Assembly: GCF_001194135.2 (NCBI RefSeq)
Contig: NC_068991.1
Span: 13,662,145-13,725,618, forward strand
Source of the DNA: Octopus bimaculoides
Taxonomy: Eukaryota
Length of the DNA stretch: 63,474 nucleotides
Direction: 5' to 3'
Under the pieces are notes generated by a model. That model did no database searches. It saw only the letters and a list, made by a program, of their open reading frames with translations, and was not told the origin of the DNA. Both the position numbers and the translations under genes were made by a program. Below, piece by piece: positions 12,683 to 26,936 of this stretch (its first letter is position 1; each line of letters starts with the position of its first letter).

Positions 12683-13255
12683 AAGAAAGGGGGAGAGTGA
12701 AACAGAGCGAAAGAGACATATAACGGAACTCAATCACACATACTGACACACTTGTATAGTCTGTGAACCTTCATCACGTCTAAAGAGAATATATAAAGGA
12801 AATAGACAGACATACACTGTTAAACATAGAAAACAAAACACACGCACACACATTAACACATACACATACCAACACACACATGTGCGCCTATACACGCATA
12901 CACACACATGTATACATATACTCACTCACGGCACAAACATTATTAACACACGGCTAGCTGTAAGATGCAACTACTTAAGATGTCAGTCCTCTTACACCTG
13001 ACTCCTCCACACGTCTAATTTATACAGACACACACACACACACACACACACACATAAACACACATACACACACATACATACAGATGTACGTGTGCTCACC
13101 CACACACGCACACACATGCTCACACACACACACACAAACGCACTTCACTGTTACTCACACAGATATACTGTCACACGCAACTACATACAACCAAATACAT
13201 ACACTCCTACACGCTCACATGCATACAATTACCTCGATACCCAGTACCGAAGCAT

Positions 13256-13350
<95 letters not shown>

Positions 13351-13407
13351 CATAAATACAATTGCCTCGATTCCCGCTTCGAAACACACAGACACATACA
13401 CGCACTT

Positions 13408-13660
13408 TGTTGTTGGCACTCCGTCGCTTACGACGTCGAGGGTTCCAGTTGATCCGATCAACGGAACAGCCTGCTTGTGAAATTAACGTGCAAGTGGCTG
13501 AGCACTCCACAGACATGTGTACCCTTAACGTAGTTCTCGGGGAGATTCAGCGTGACACAGTGTGACAAGGCTGACCCTTTGAATTACAGGCACAACAGAA
13601 ACAGGAAGTAAGAGTGAGAGAAAGTTGTGGTGGAAGAGTACAGCACCAAATACGCCACCA
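13408..13660 (-). mobile_element. SINE family C, 3' two-thirds
   Basis: Near-identical to reverse complement of 31760-32015. Confidence 0.9.
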
Positions 13661-13860
13661 AATACGAGTGTGTATAACATTTCTCGCCTAGACAAGCATG
13701 CCTCCCCATCAGTACGCATATACACACCTATACAAATATAACTGAATAAAACTATTCAAGAACACAAATGCACCCTCAATTACTCATCTCTACACCCACG
13801 CACATACACATACATATCTACACACAAACCCACGCACCCACGCGTGCACACACACACATG

Positions 13861-13892
<32 letters not shown>

Positions 13893-14270
13893 TGTATGTA
13901 TGTATGTATGTATGTACATATACACAGATCAACACACCTCCACAGGAAAGACTTGTACAAACACTTAGGAATATTTTCTTATTTATTAACATTGAATAAC
14001 AATATCTTAAAGAATTTTCCTTATCGATTTATTAATGTTTTCTTGTAGGTGGGTATTAGCTTACGTGTATATGCGTGTGTATATGTACATGTGTATATAT
14101 GTGGATATGAAGGAGTTTGTATGTTTGTATGTGAAGGTGTGTAGTTTGCGTGGGAGGACCTGTATTTGTAAAGGAGCGCGTATGTGCATGTGTATGCGTT
14201 TGTATATCTGTTTAGTGTATATATGCGAGTGGTGTATGTGTGTGTGAGAACGAGCGTGTGCCTATGAGTG

Positions 14271-14349
<79 letters not shown>

Positions 14350-15380
14350 TAGATAATATGAGAAGCTTAAGCTGCAAGGAACTCATATAATGGTTGATAC
14401 GATCTACATACGGAGCAAGACTCTAAAGAATGAATCAGGAAGCGACAATGAATACGTGGAGGAACACACTCAATTCCGAACCACAAACGGAAGCTTATAA
14501 ACAACTACATAAACATCCCAATAACAGAATGTTTAACCTAAGTTGACATGGCCATTTCTTCATCATCTGCCTTATTTAAAATCATTGTAGTTTCGACACC
14601 TAGGTGTACTATTCAAACCAACGATGTCGACAGAGCCAAAACAATATTTGAGCTCTTCCCAGAATTATTAAGATAATAAAATAAACACCACACACATGCA
14701 CTTATAATAGAACAGAATCCACAGTACATAACATATGCATATTTCCAAACCAACATCGATGTAAAAATAGTTTTATGCCTGAAATAGAAAAGGATAACTC
14801 ATTACGATAATTGAAATTAAAGGACAAACAAAACATTAGCGTACTGGTTGATAAACGAATTTAAATAAAAGGAATAAACTGACTATTGCTAAACTATACT
14901 TATGTTTTAAATAACTACAAAGGAGGAATAAATAGAACGATAAAAGACAATTGCACTAGCGTTAATTAAGCAACAAGCTAATTAAGTTCCTATCAACGTA
15001 AAGAAAAATCACAAACTAACTTCGCATCATCTAGCTAACACACGTGTTGCAATTCTCAGCGATTCTAGCGCAGCATACATATGTGAACTATGTGGAAGCC
15101 TACCATCCAAAATAAAGCCTAAAAATTATCACGCTGAAACAAATTAAAAAGTTACAGAAACATTAAACAAACGAAATTTCATAAAAGAAATAAACAAGCG
15201 TGAACTACTGTGAAGTAAACTTACGTCTTGAATACTATTAAAATGGAATTAAATGAAATAGAAACGGCCAGTAAACAATATGTCAAATGAACTACAAACA
15301 GCGTAAAGAAAAATCACGTCCGTTAATCTCACCACTGGCTAACACGTGTGTCGCATATATCTGCATATAACCATCTAAAT

Positions 15381-15738
15381 CAGTGGTTCTGAACCAGGGT
15401 TAATATAGCCCCTGACGGTCCATATAATATGTTTGGAGGTCCACAGAACATAATAGTAAATTGAAGATCCACGAAAGTATTTTAAGAGTCACCGAGAAAT
15501 ATTTGATTTATATGCATGTATTAGTATGTATTGCAAGAAACAGCTGGGTTTGTTTCTCTAACAATTTTTGTAGTTCAACTTTCACAAGTAAATGTGTGAA
15601 AAACAAAATACGAATTTTGAAAAAGGTTTCTAGAAAACAAGATTTTAAACATCGAATGGCTATGGGGTGGGGGAGGGTCCACCAGAATAAAATAATAATC
15701 AAAGAGTTCTATAGAGAAAAATGGTTGAGAACCCCCTG
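15381..15738. mobile_element. hAT-type non-autonomous DNA transposon (MITE)
   Basis: TIRs CAGTGGTTCTGAACC / GGTTGAGAACCCCCTG and perfect 8-bp TSD ATCTAAAT (15373-15380, 15739-15746). Confidence 0.9.
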
Positions 15739-16194
15739 ATCTAAATGATCAAACGTTCTTCTCAACAGCATACTTTAAAATGCCCCAGACCAGCTATATC
15801 GAAAGTATAGGTGGTGACACAAACACAAAGGGAGATAAACACCCTAACACTGACGAGACTTACACTTCAAACAAAGAAAGTCGATAAATACTTATTAATA
15901 GCTAAGAATTACTAAATGCTTTGTGGGTGTAGTTGCTTAAAATAACACTCAGTATTTAATAAATTATTATGTTGACCAAAGCATCAATGGAAATTTTAAT
16001 AATTCATACTGGTAACCACATGCTTCGATGATTGTTTCACTCTATGAATAAATCAATAACGTTTATCACATCTAATAACCTAACTGGAAAATACCCTGTA
16101 GCCTATTCTAATTGAAATGCACTTCAATGCAATGACATTACTGCGACCGGAAAATCAAAATTGTCAGTCTGATTATGTACCTTGGTAAAAATGT

Positions 16195-16350
16195 TATTAT
16201 TATTCGAGGCCCGAAATTTTTGGGGAAGGGACCAGTCGATTAGATCGATCCCAGTACGCAACTGGTACTTAATTTATCGACCCCGAAAGGATGAAAGGCA
16301 AAGTCGACCTCGACGGAATTTGAACTCAGAACGTTAACAGACGAAATAAA
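16195..16350 (-). mobile_element. SINE family B copy
   Basis: Reverse-complement match to consensus. Confidence 0.85.
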
Positions 16351-16373
16351 ATGTTATTATTATTACAACACTT

Positions 16374-16586
16374 AAGGTGGCGAGCTGGCAAAATCGTTAG
16401 CACGCCGGGCAAAATGCTTAGCGGCATTTCTTCCGGCTTTACATTCTGAGTTCAAATTCCAGCGTCGACTTTGCCTTTCATCCTTTTGGAGTCAATAAAT
16501 TAAGTACCAGTGGATTACCGGGGTCGGCGCAATCGACGAGTTCCGTCCCACAAAATTTCAGGCCTTCTGCTTTTAGTAGAAAAGAT
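16374..16586 (+). mobile_element. SINE family B copy
   Basis: Full head to tail. Confidence 0.85.
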
Positions 16587-16914
16587 TACAGCATTCACTG
16601 TAACGTCTAAGTATTTTTCAGCTACATCTCCGGCAACTCGGTTTCTGCTTGCCTCCAGATCACTTGGATATATTTTACACAAAGAATTTGTAAATAGAAA
16701 CGAAAATATCAATTTATCTACAGCAACCACTAAACGGTTTAATCCACCACACCGGTTCTTTTCTTCCGGCATAAATTAATGAAATCAAACTCACATAAAG
16801 ATTAATGCCGGCTAATTGATAAGGGACTACATTATCATCCATAGAAGTTCTTTTTATTTGCTTAAAACGGTATCTGCAAAAGCAACGTTTTCGTTATTAA
16901 CATTGAACCTAATT

Positions 16915-17130
16915 AAGGCAGCTAGCTGGTAGAATCGTTAGCACACCGGACAGAAATGCTTAGCAGTATTTCATCCGTCTTTGTAATCTGAGTTCAAATT
17001 CCGCCGAGATCAAGTTTACCCTGCATTATGTTGGGGTCAATAAAATAAGTACCAGACAAGTACTGGGGTTGATGAAATCGAATAGCCCCAACCCCACAAA
17101 TGTCACGCCCTGTATGTATAGCAGAGAAGG
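16915..17130 (+). mobile_element. SINE family B copy
   Basis: Full head to tail. Confidence 0.8.
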
Positions 17131-19287
17131 TTAATCGTAATTATCTATTTCAGAGTCCAACAAATAAATCCATTCTGTCCTATTCTAGATAGAAAACCTT
17201 TGTCATTCTTCATTAAGACGTAGTTAAATCTGTTTCCCAAAATCTGTATCTTCTATTTTGAATCAATTCCTTCAATTAATTTAGAACTCTTTCCTTCACT
17301 TTATTTAGTCTCAAATTTATATAAAGTGTGAAAAAAATCCACAATAAAGCATGGATATTATGAATCATTGTAACACTAATTTTTTTTTTCAAAACGTCCA
17401 TACCTAATCGTAAACTTTCGCCAAAACCTGTGTGTATTATTTTGTGATGTCTTACAAAAGCTGATCTTACTACAGTCAATACTTCATTAATTAAAATGGC
17501 TACTTGTTTATCCATACATTGCCTTGGACCAGTAATAAATCTATTTTCATAAGGCTTCTTAAGCAATTAAAGAATTCAGAATAATCTAGGAATATTTTTT
17601 ATTCTCTTCCTCAACTTTTAACATTTGTACGACTTTATCTTTCATACTACTAACCTGTTTACTACCTCATTGATATTCATTGGCACCTGTGTGTACGTGT
17701 TGTAACCTTCATAGTTATAGTTACTGTTGAACATGCCCCAACCTACTTGGACAGCTCTGATTTCCTATTGAGACAAGGAGAGAGGTTCAGAATTAAGATC
17801 AACTTGTGCTTTCTAGAATCTAAATTATATCATAACTTGTTCAGGTTTTTGGATATAACTATACCGGACAGACATTGTATGGCACTTAGACGGAGAACCA
17901 CACTACATAAGGAACAGATCTGTTTCCCATAGTTCAGACAGATTCCTTTGAGTGAACTCATAGAGAGATGCGCAGTTAATATCCAACCAGACTTCATAGT
18001 TTTTCCCATCTACCAGTGCAAAGAAACTGTGCAAAGTACAGCAACGTTTCAATAAAGAGAATCTATTTATCGAAAAATACAGAACACGCCTAAATATGAA
18101 CGCATAACCAGGTTTAGTCTCAGTGTATATTTTAATCCATGATCACATACCCATCACTGTAAATATTTCATCTCATTAATTTAGCTTTTGAGTTTTTGTA
18201 TATTTACTTATCCCCTCTCCCCAAAATTGAACAATTACCAAACCTGTTCCGAATAGTAACGATCACCAAAAACCCCCACCACCCACACACACTTTAGATT
18301 TTTCTATTTGTTAATTCATTCACAAACTTCCATACACATAATGGTCTAAAATAATCTTAAGAAAATACGAAATTTCAATGTCATGATTCGCGAAAGCAAA
18401 ACCGGTCGACAAACACAGTACTCCTTCACCTATAAAATATATAAAAAAATATATTAAAATTATGTAAACTGTGTGCATTTTCCTTCTATTATATATATAT
18501 ATATNNNNNNNNNNNNNNNNNNNNNNNNNNNNNNNNNNNNNNNNNNNNNNNNNNNNNNNNNNNNNNNNNNNNNNNNNNNNNNNNNNNNNNNNNNNNNNNN
18601 NNNNNNNNNNNNNNNNNNNNNNNNNNNNNNNNNNNNNNNNNNNNNNNNNNNNNNNNNNNNNNNNNNNNNNNNNNNNNNNNNNNNNNNNNNNNNNNNNNNN
18701 NNNNNNNNNNNNNNNNNNNNNNNNNNNNNNNNNNNNNNNNNNNNNNNNNNNNNNNNNNNNNNNNNNNNNNNNNNNNNNNNNNNNNNNNNNNNNNNNNNNN
18801 NNNNNNNNNNNNNNNNNNNNNNNNNNNNNNNNNNNNNNNNNNNNNNNNNNNNNNNNNNNNNNNNNNNNNNNNNNNNNNNNNNNNNNNNNNNNNNNNNNNN
18901 NNNNNNNNNNNNNNNNNNNNNNNNNNNNNNNNNNNNNNNNNNNNNNNNNNNNNNNNNNNNNNNNNNNNNNNNNNNNNNNNNNNNNNNNNNNNNNNNNNNN
19001 NNNNNNNNNNNNNNNNNNNNNNNNNNNNNNNNNNNNNNNNNNNNNNNNNNNNNNNNNNNNNNNNNNNNNNNNNNNNNNNNNNNNNNNNNNNNNNNNNNNN
19101 NNNNNNNNNNNNNNNNNNNNNNNNNNNNNNNNNNNNNNNNNNNNNNNNNNNNNNNNNNNNNNNNNNNNNNNNNNNNNNNNNNNNNNNNNNNNNNNNNNNN
19201 NNNNNNNNNNNNNNNNNNNNNNNNNNNNNNNNNNNNNNNNNNNNNNNNNNNNNNNNNNNNNNNNNNNNNNNNNNNNNNNNNNNNNNN

Positions 19288-19364
<77 letters not shown>

Positions 19365-20180
19365 GCGTGTGTGTTTGTGTGAGTGTGTGTGTGTGTGTAT
19401 GTGTGTTTATAAATAACTCCGAATGATCTGTCCGTGTTTGCTTTGTATCGTCTATCTGGATGTTTTGTCCCTTTCTTGTATCACCTAACTGTCTTGATGT
19501 TTTGCTTTCTTGTCCTATTGTGTATTATATATATATACACATACATGCATTATGCATGAAAGGGCATTGTATAAATATTGACAGATAAATATTGGCTTCG
19601 ATATCTCTGTAGCTACTTACTCCACTTGCACCTTTGAAAATATATATTTACATTTATACATACATATCTCAGCCCACGCATCGCTATATTTACTGTCGCC
19701 GTCACGTTTCTTGTTTAGCTGAACTGTCGTATCATTTACTTCAATCGAATTTGTACTCAAGATCCAAAATATGCAGAAATAAATTGTGTCAGCTTGTAAT
19801 AATACTTCATTGTGTGAGCATCAGCAACTTGAAACTGGTAATTATGACGAAGGAAATAATTTAGGCCAATATACACACGTGCAAATATGTAAGTATAAGC
19901 ATATANNNNNNNNNNNNNNNNNNNNNNNNNNNNNNNNNNNNNNNNNNNNNNNNNNNNNNNNNNNNNNNNNNNNNNNNNNNNNNNNNNNNNNNNNNNNNNN
20001 NNNNNNNNNNNNNNNNNNNNNNNNNNNNNNNNNNNNNNNNNNNNNNNNNNNNNNNNNNNNNNNNNNNNNNNNNNNNNNNNNNNNNNNNNNNNNNNNNNNN
20101 NNNNNNNNNNNNNNNNNNNNNNNNNNNNNNNNNNNNNNNNNNNNNNNNNNNNNNNNNNNNNNNNNNNNNNNNNNNNNNNN

Positions 20181-20288
<108 letters not shown>

Positions 20289-20589
20289 ACATAAACACTC
20301 ACCCACACACATATATACATAAGCCCACACACACCCACCACTTTTGGCTAATATACTTTTACTTTCCATATGCGCACTGAAGTATATATGCAGTATGTGT
20401 GTGAGCGTGTGTTTGTGTACGTATGTATGTATGTATGTATGTATACAGATATATGTATACAATTTATACATATCTTATTGTTGTCGTTGCTATTTATAAG
20501 TTTTTGTTCGTGGGAACAAGTCATTTGCATGTAAAGGAAGAACGCCATACTTCAGAAAGTAGACTTACATATAAACATGAAGGAAAATG

Positions 20590-20730
20590 GTTCTCCGTTG
20601 CTTACGACGATGAGTACTCCTGTCGACCTGATCCACGAAGCAGCCTACTCGTGAAGTTAACGGTTGAATACTCCACAGATATTCGTACACTTTACGTATT
20701 TCTCAGGGAGATTGAGCATGACAGAACTTG
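20590..20730 (-). mobile_element. SINE family C 3' fragment, old
   Basis: ccgttgcttacgacg...ctcgtgaagttaac...ctccacaga, like 13420-13560. Confidence 0.6.
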
Positions 20731-21319
20731 CTGGCCTTGTGCCAAAATTTGAAATCACTATTATCGTTATTGTTGTTGTTGTTTTTGTTATTATTACTAA
20801 TCTCGATTCTCATTCATTCTATTATTTCCAAAATACCGAGATGTCGTTCACTTGGTGCTGTGGTATTGATATAGAATATTCGCCAAATTATAAGACTGCC
20901 GAAAGACGTGGTATTTTTCTTCTTTTTGTGTGCCATTCACTCAAAATAGAAACTAGCATCTAATGAATCATATGCAGTGCCAAGGATGCCAAAATGTCTG
21001 GCATTATCCTTCAGAGAAATAGAGATAATTTTGTAGTGCACCAAGCAACGTAAGACATACGGATCAATTTGTGAATTTCACACACACACAGGTACCTCCA
21101 CCCACACCCACCCACACAAACGCGCGTATCTGTGTGTGCCCGTGTGTGTATATATATATAACTTATATATATATATTTTATATTTATATATATATAACAA
21201 ATATGTAATATATATTTTTTATCTATATATATTACATATATATATAGTATATTAGATATATATATATATATGTTTATAGATATACATAAGCATTCGTTAT
21301 ATATATGTCCACATCTGTG

Positions 21320-21358
<39 letters not shown>

Positions 21359-22002
21359 ATGCGTATATAAGTTCGTTCTTCGCACTTCCATTTTTTATTC
21401 ATTTTTACTATTACCTTCGTTCCATTTCTGTCGTCGAATATCTATTTTAAATTATTTTTTCTCTTATTGTACTCTATCTATACTCTATTAGTGTGTCTGT
21501 GTTTGTGTGCATGTGTATGAGCGTGTATGTGTCTGTATATGTGTGTGTGTATGTATACATACACGTATGCTTATAGTTATATAACCTACACACAAACATA
21601 CTTACATATTTCATATGTGTGCATGTATATATGTGTGGATGCGTGTAAGCTCATATTTCCGTGCACCTAAATGAGAATGACGTAATGTTGATGAATCTGT
21701 GAAAACCTTAATAGTAAGACACCCACCATGTTGTAATGACTTCATTTTTATTGATTTCCATGGACATATCTCGTATTTTAATAAAGGTTCAATACATAGA
21801 CAATTTGTCTCATCACCTCCCATGGCAACAACCCTCTTTCTTTATTAAGCTTTTCATCGTTATTTGTTCCACATTTATTTTTATATAGCTTCGTTTAAAC
21901 GCAGAATATAGGAAAGTAATGCCAGTTTCTCTTCACAGGTTCTCGAAGAACCTGATGAGACAGAGAAAGAAAATTCCAATGATTTTTCTGACTTAATAGA
22001 CC

Positions 22003-22256
22003 CTCTCTCTCTCGTCCTTTTAAAGCCTAGTCAGACTCATGGGCCCGGTTTCCCGGTTTCAATGGCGTATGCGTTCCCCAGCTAGACGGGACGCCTGTCC
22101 ATCGCAGCGTTACTCATCTTTGCTAGCTGAGTGGACTGGTGCAACGTGAAATGAAGTGTTTTGCTCAGGAACACAACGCGTCGCCCGGTCCAGGAATCGA
22201 AGCCACAATCTTACGATCATGATTCTGACATCCTAACCACTAAGCCACGCGCCTCC
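22003..22256 (-). mobile_element. tRNA-derived SINE family D with 12-bp TSD
   Basis: Head ggaggcgcgtggcttagtggttagg...ttcgattcc; flanks acttaatagacc (21991-22002) and acttattagacc (22257-22268). Confidence 0.9.
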
Positions 22257-23880
22257 ACTTATTAGACCTTACTACTGAAATAATCTGTCAATGCAAGTTC
22301 TTAGAACGACTAGAAAAGAAAATAGGGTTTTTGAGTATTCTGAGAACGTCTCCTATTATTTCATACCAGACCATTCTTGATATTATCACTTCGTAGCTTG
22401 AATCATACTTTAGAAATGCTTAGCGTAATGATGATTACCATAAAGAAATGCTTGCAACAGAGTCAATTCTACTAAATCCACCTTTTATGCCTGGTGGTGG
22501 TGTAAATTGGGTGACGTATTTAAACTTACTGCCTACAAAATCCCTAGTGGGATATGAACTTAGAACGTATGGCGCTGAAACGAATAATGCAGAATATTTT
22601 GTACGATGCTCTTACGTTTTCGTCAGTCCACATCCATTGATAGGTATTGTTTTGGGTGTAACTCGGCGAATATGCCTCCTTTTATGGATTCTTTTTCTAA
22701 TTCTGAGTAAATTCATTTACTTTGTAAACACGTTGATTGGGGTACAATCCCACTACGCGGAATACTCGGTAAGTGTCTTCTACTATACTCCCGGGACGAC
22801 CAATACTTTGTGAATAAATTTGTACCAGGGAAACTGTTTTGAAGTCTATCGTATATATATATATATATATATATATATAAGATAACTTAATATGATTGCA
22901 CAATGATTAAAAAATGAATATTCGATGTATATTCTCTGTTTATTAAACTATTAATTATATACTGTATATATATATATAATCGTATATTTCTATATATCAA
23001 TTATATATATATACGATTTTGGATCTTTTTCTTTTGGCCGGGACATAGAAAAAATAATTTTTTGTAACTAAACACTTTCAAATTTCGTATACTGGTAGAA
23101 TGTGCCCTTTAAAACATCATTTACTCTTGGCGTTTTTAAGAAAATTCTTTATTTTCGAAGTAATTTCGTGTTAAAGTTGTCGTATTTCGGTAATTTCAAC
23201 CAATCACTGACGTCTATTGAGGTGAAAACAATTACTGCTGTGGTTTGTCAACAAGACATTCTGGCAGTGTAAATTTACTTTGTCACTGTTATTTATGTTA
23301 TCGTTCATGCGTTTGTACTGGTTTTAGCTTTCGGGTTTTAGGGTTAGGGTTATGCTTTAAAATGTATGTCTGCTTGCTCAAACAGAGCTGACCTGAGGCT
23401 AAACAATGAAAACAAATTGTAGGTTGACTGCTGTCAAAATTCCTGTAAAAATTTCTAAAATATGATTCAAACTATGAGATAGCAATGATTTGGTGGGAAG
23501 TACCTAGAGGCGTCATTAGCACAGCCCTCTCAGATTTCATTCATAAAACTTCTAAATACTTCACTAGTCATTCTAAGAAACGTAACATATATTTTACTAA
23601 CAAAATCTCATAAGGCCGGAACGACTAGAATTTTCACCACATTGTGTATGTGCAAAACCATTTCCCATTGCATTCTAATGATAATAAATTTTTCATTAAT
23701 CTGAATTCCAGCAGTTACTTCCCCTACCTTTTCTTGATAACTATTAGTTTACGAGTATTTTTATTGGCAATGAAAGTCATTTTAATTAATTAAAACTTGC
23801 TTCCTTTATTTCATCAAATACAGCCTAGTAACACTCAGGTAATTAACTGACAGCCATCTTCATTTTCTCTTTACTTTCAG

Positions 23881-23971
23881 AAGCACTCAGTCTCCACAAA
23901 TGCTCGTGTGTGATTTGTAACCCGATTCCAAGTTACTAAAAGGCATTATTGTTGTGCTTTAAAATGTTCAG
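23881..23971 (+). other. Candidate non-coding (5'UTR) exon
   Basis: Branch-like ctgac plus long pyrimidine tract ...ttactttcag; donor CAG|gtctga (weak); stops in all three frames. Confidence 0.3.
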
Positions 23972-24243
23972 GTCTGAGAACTTCAAAAAAAAAAAAATCG
24001 GTTCTTCAAATATTGGCTCTTGATATTGTTTTCAATTATTCTAACGTAAAATTGGCACAAATTGGCATTATTGACGCTAATCACAACATTCTTGTATTGA
24101 GATAATCAAAATCGCCTACAGAAATATTGGTAAATCTTTTAAGTGCTAAACTTCGTGTGAAATCGGTGTCTGCTACTACACTCACAGACACAGATGCATA
24201 CGCACACACGCACACAACACAGACACGTTTTGTATATAATATA

Positions 24244-24291
<48 letters not shown>

Positions 24292-24721
24292 TGTGTAAAG
24301 ATATATATGTGTATCCACACATATATATGCATGTATACACACACATATATATATATATATATATATGTATGAGTCCTTGTGTAAGCATAAAGCATATATA
24401 TGTGTAAGCGAGTATACTTACACACACCCACGCACACACACACATACACATACACACATAAATATATATGTACGCATACACACAACAGTAACATACACAC
24501 CAGTGACATACGCTTGCAATGACAAAAGATTTCTTCCACACAAAATTTATTTCGAAGCAGTTTTTACAATAACATTTCCATGCAAATTTAAAGTTTCGGT
24601 TACTGAACTCGCGTTGACACTAATCTTTCAAATGTACATTTCACTCACCCACACAACATATTTCAAATTTTACTCTGTGTAAACTTGAATATTTTTAAAG
24701 TGATTTCTATCAGTCATGTTG

Positions 24722-25107
24722 TTGCTGTTGGCACGCCGTCGCTTACGACGTCGAGGGTTCTAGTTGATCCGATCAACGGAACAACCTGCTCATGAAATTA
24801 ACGTGTAAATGGATGAGCACTCCACAGACACGTGTACCCTTAACGTAAATCTCGGGGATATTCAGCGTGACACAGTGTGTGACAAGGCTGACCCTTTGAA
24901 TTACAGGCACAACAGAAACAAGAAGTAAGAGTGAGAGAAAGTTGTGGTGAAAAAGTACAGCAGGGTTCGCCACCATCCCCTGCCGGAGCCACGTGGAGCT
25001 TTAGGTGTTTTCGCTCAATAAACACTCACGACGTCCGGTCTGGGAATCGAAACCGCGATCCTATGACCGCGAGTCCGCTGTCTTAACCACTGTGCCATTG
25101 CGCCTCC
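24722..25107 (-). mobile_element. SINE family C, full length
   Basis: High identity to reverse complement of 31634-32015. Confidence 0.9.
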
Positions 25108-25378
25108 ACTGTAAATCATATAGTCCAAGAACAACCTTTATGTGTCCTATATTTGCTACCTACATAGATTTAATAACACCGCACATTATTGCAAAGATAT
25201 TTTCCCTACCAGTATATCTAAAATTCCTTTTTATTGTCACAAGGAAACATTTAAATATACATCTATATAACGACAACGCTATTCAAGACTTTTAATAATG
25301 CTACAGTACCAAAAACGAGACTTATCGTCCAACATCTTCAGTTGCAATAAATTAATATATACTATATTCTTAATTCGC

Positions 25379-25597
25379 AAGGAGGTGAGCTGGCAGAAAA
25401 GTTAGCACGCGGGCGAAATGCTTCGCGGTATTTAGTCTGCTTTTACGTTCTGAGTTCAAATTCTGCCGAGGTCGACTTTGCCTTTCATTCCTTTCGGGGT
25501 TGATAAATAAAGTACCAGTTGCCTACTGGCATCGATCTAATCGACTGACCCCCTCCCCTGAAAATTTCGGGCCTTATGCCTAGATTAGAAAAGTATA
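25379..25597 (+). mobile_element. SINE family B copy
   Basis: Close match to consensus. Confidence 0.85.
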
Positions 25598-25664
25598 TTC
25601 TTAAATCGCATCAGGTTACTTATTCAAGTTGCAGTGACTTGGTCTCAACGACAATAGTGTAGTA

Positions 25665-25820
25665 ATAATAATGTTTTCCACTATAGGCACAAGGCCTGAA
25701 ATTTTAAGGCAGGGGACTATCCGATTACATCGCCCCAGTGTTTCGCTGGTACTTAATTTATCGACCCCGAAGGATGAAAGGCACAGTCAACTTCGGCAGA
25801 ATTTGAACCCAGAACGTAAA
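25665..25820 (-). mobile_element. SINE family B copy
   Basis: Reverse-complement match. Confidence 0.8.
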
Positions 25821-26066
25821 GAATGAATGGGAAAGAAAACCAGAAAGGATGAACAAGAGAGGGAGATAGATAGACAGAGAAGAGATAGAAGAGATAGAAG
25901 AGATAGGAGAAGAGTGCGCATCGTAATTATTACGATAGAACTTACTTGGAAAAGTAATATAAATAATATATAAGTATATGAATATATACATACATTTATA
26001 TGTTTATATATTATTTATATTATTATATGATCGAACGCCATGTATCCTTTTCCAAGTAAGTTTTAT

Positions 26067-26113
<47 letters not shown>

Positions 26114-26204
26114 NNNNNNNNNNNNNNNNNNNNNNNNNNNNNNNNNNNNNNNNNNNNNNNNNNNNNNNNNNNNNNNNNNNNNNNNNNNNNNNNNNNNNNN
26201 NNNN

Positions 26205-26285
<81 letters not shown>

Positions 26286-26885
26286 AAGAGTAGGATATAA
26301 TATCCAGGCAGATAACGAATTTCTCTACGTAAAGTGCCAACGCTGGTTCCTTCAGATTTTGCGATTTATGGTGAATATCCTTTCTGACGTTACAGTTTAT
26401 TCCACACTACTTAGAATGTAAAATGTAATATTGATAATAACGAGAATGGAGAATTTGAACATTCAAAGTTTATGTTTATTTACACTTTGTTTATTCATAA
26501 TAATGTGTGTGTCCATGTCTGTATGTGTGTATATGTGCGTGTGTATGTATGTATGTGATATATATGTCTGTACACATATGACGTAAGAATAAGAACATAC
26601 GGATGATGACACACCAACATAGGATATTTGATAAGAAAGATGTCCACGATATAAACGTTTACATGGGTATATAACACATTTTACTAGAGTATGAATAAAT
26701 AAGAAAGTCAGAGATGAGGTATGTTAACAGACTGCCTGTATGAAATGTGTAATATAAATACACATATACACACACTTAATATATACATGTATATGGATAT
26801 ATATGTATAGCAATCTATATATATGTGTGTGTGTGTGTGTTTCTGTGTATGTGTATGTATATGTATACATATATATCTATATCTA

Positions 26886-26936
<51 letters not shown>

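Larger units (their letters stand above)
15900..17720 (-). mobile_element. Fragmented Penelope-like element reverse transcriptase (Naiad-like)
   Basis: Colinear decayed motifs: TYTQV..., NIPRLF*IL*LLKKPYENRFITG (P-x-x-W-IPKLHK-P-RFI), WIFFTLYINL (motif A), FKQIKRTSMDDNVVP (motif B'), CCR*IDIF (motif C), KIYPSDLE...KYLDVTV, FTKVHNQTDNFDFPV, GYRVFSS*VIR, GYQYELLK; split by SINEs at 16195-16586 and 16915-17130. Confidence 0.8.

Noticed and set aside
21940-21975. CTGATGAG...GAAA as a hammerhead
   Set aside because: No stem II, I or III pairing
23330-23352. TTAGGG-like units
   Set aside because: Only 2-3 units inside an interspersed repeat; not telomeric
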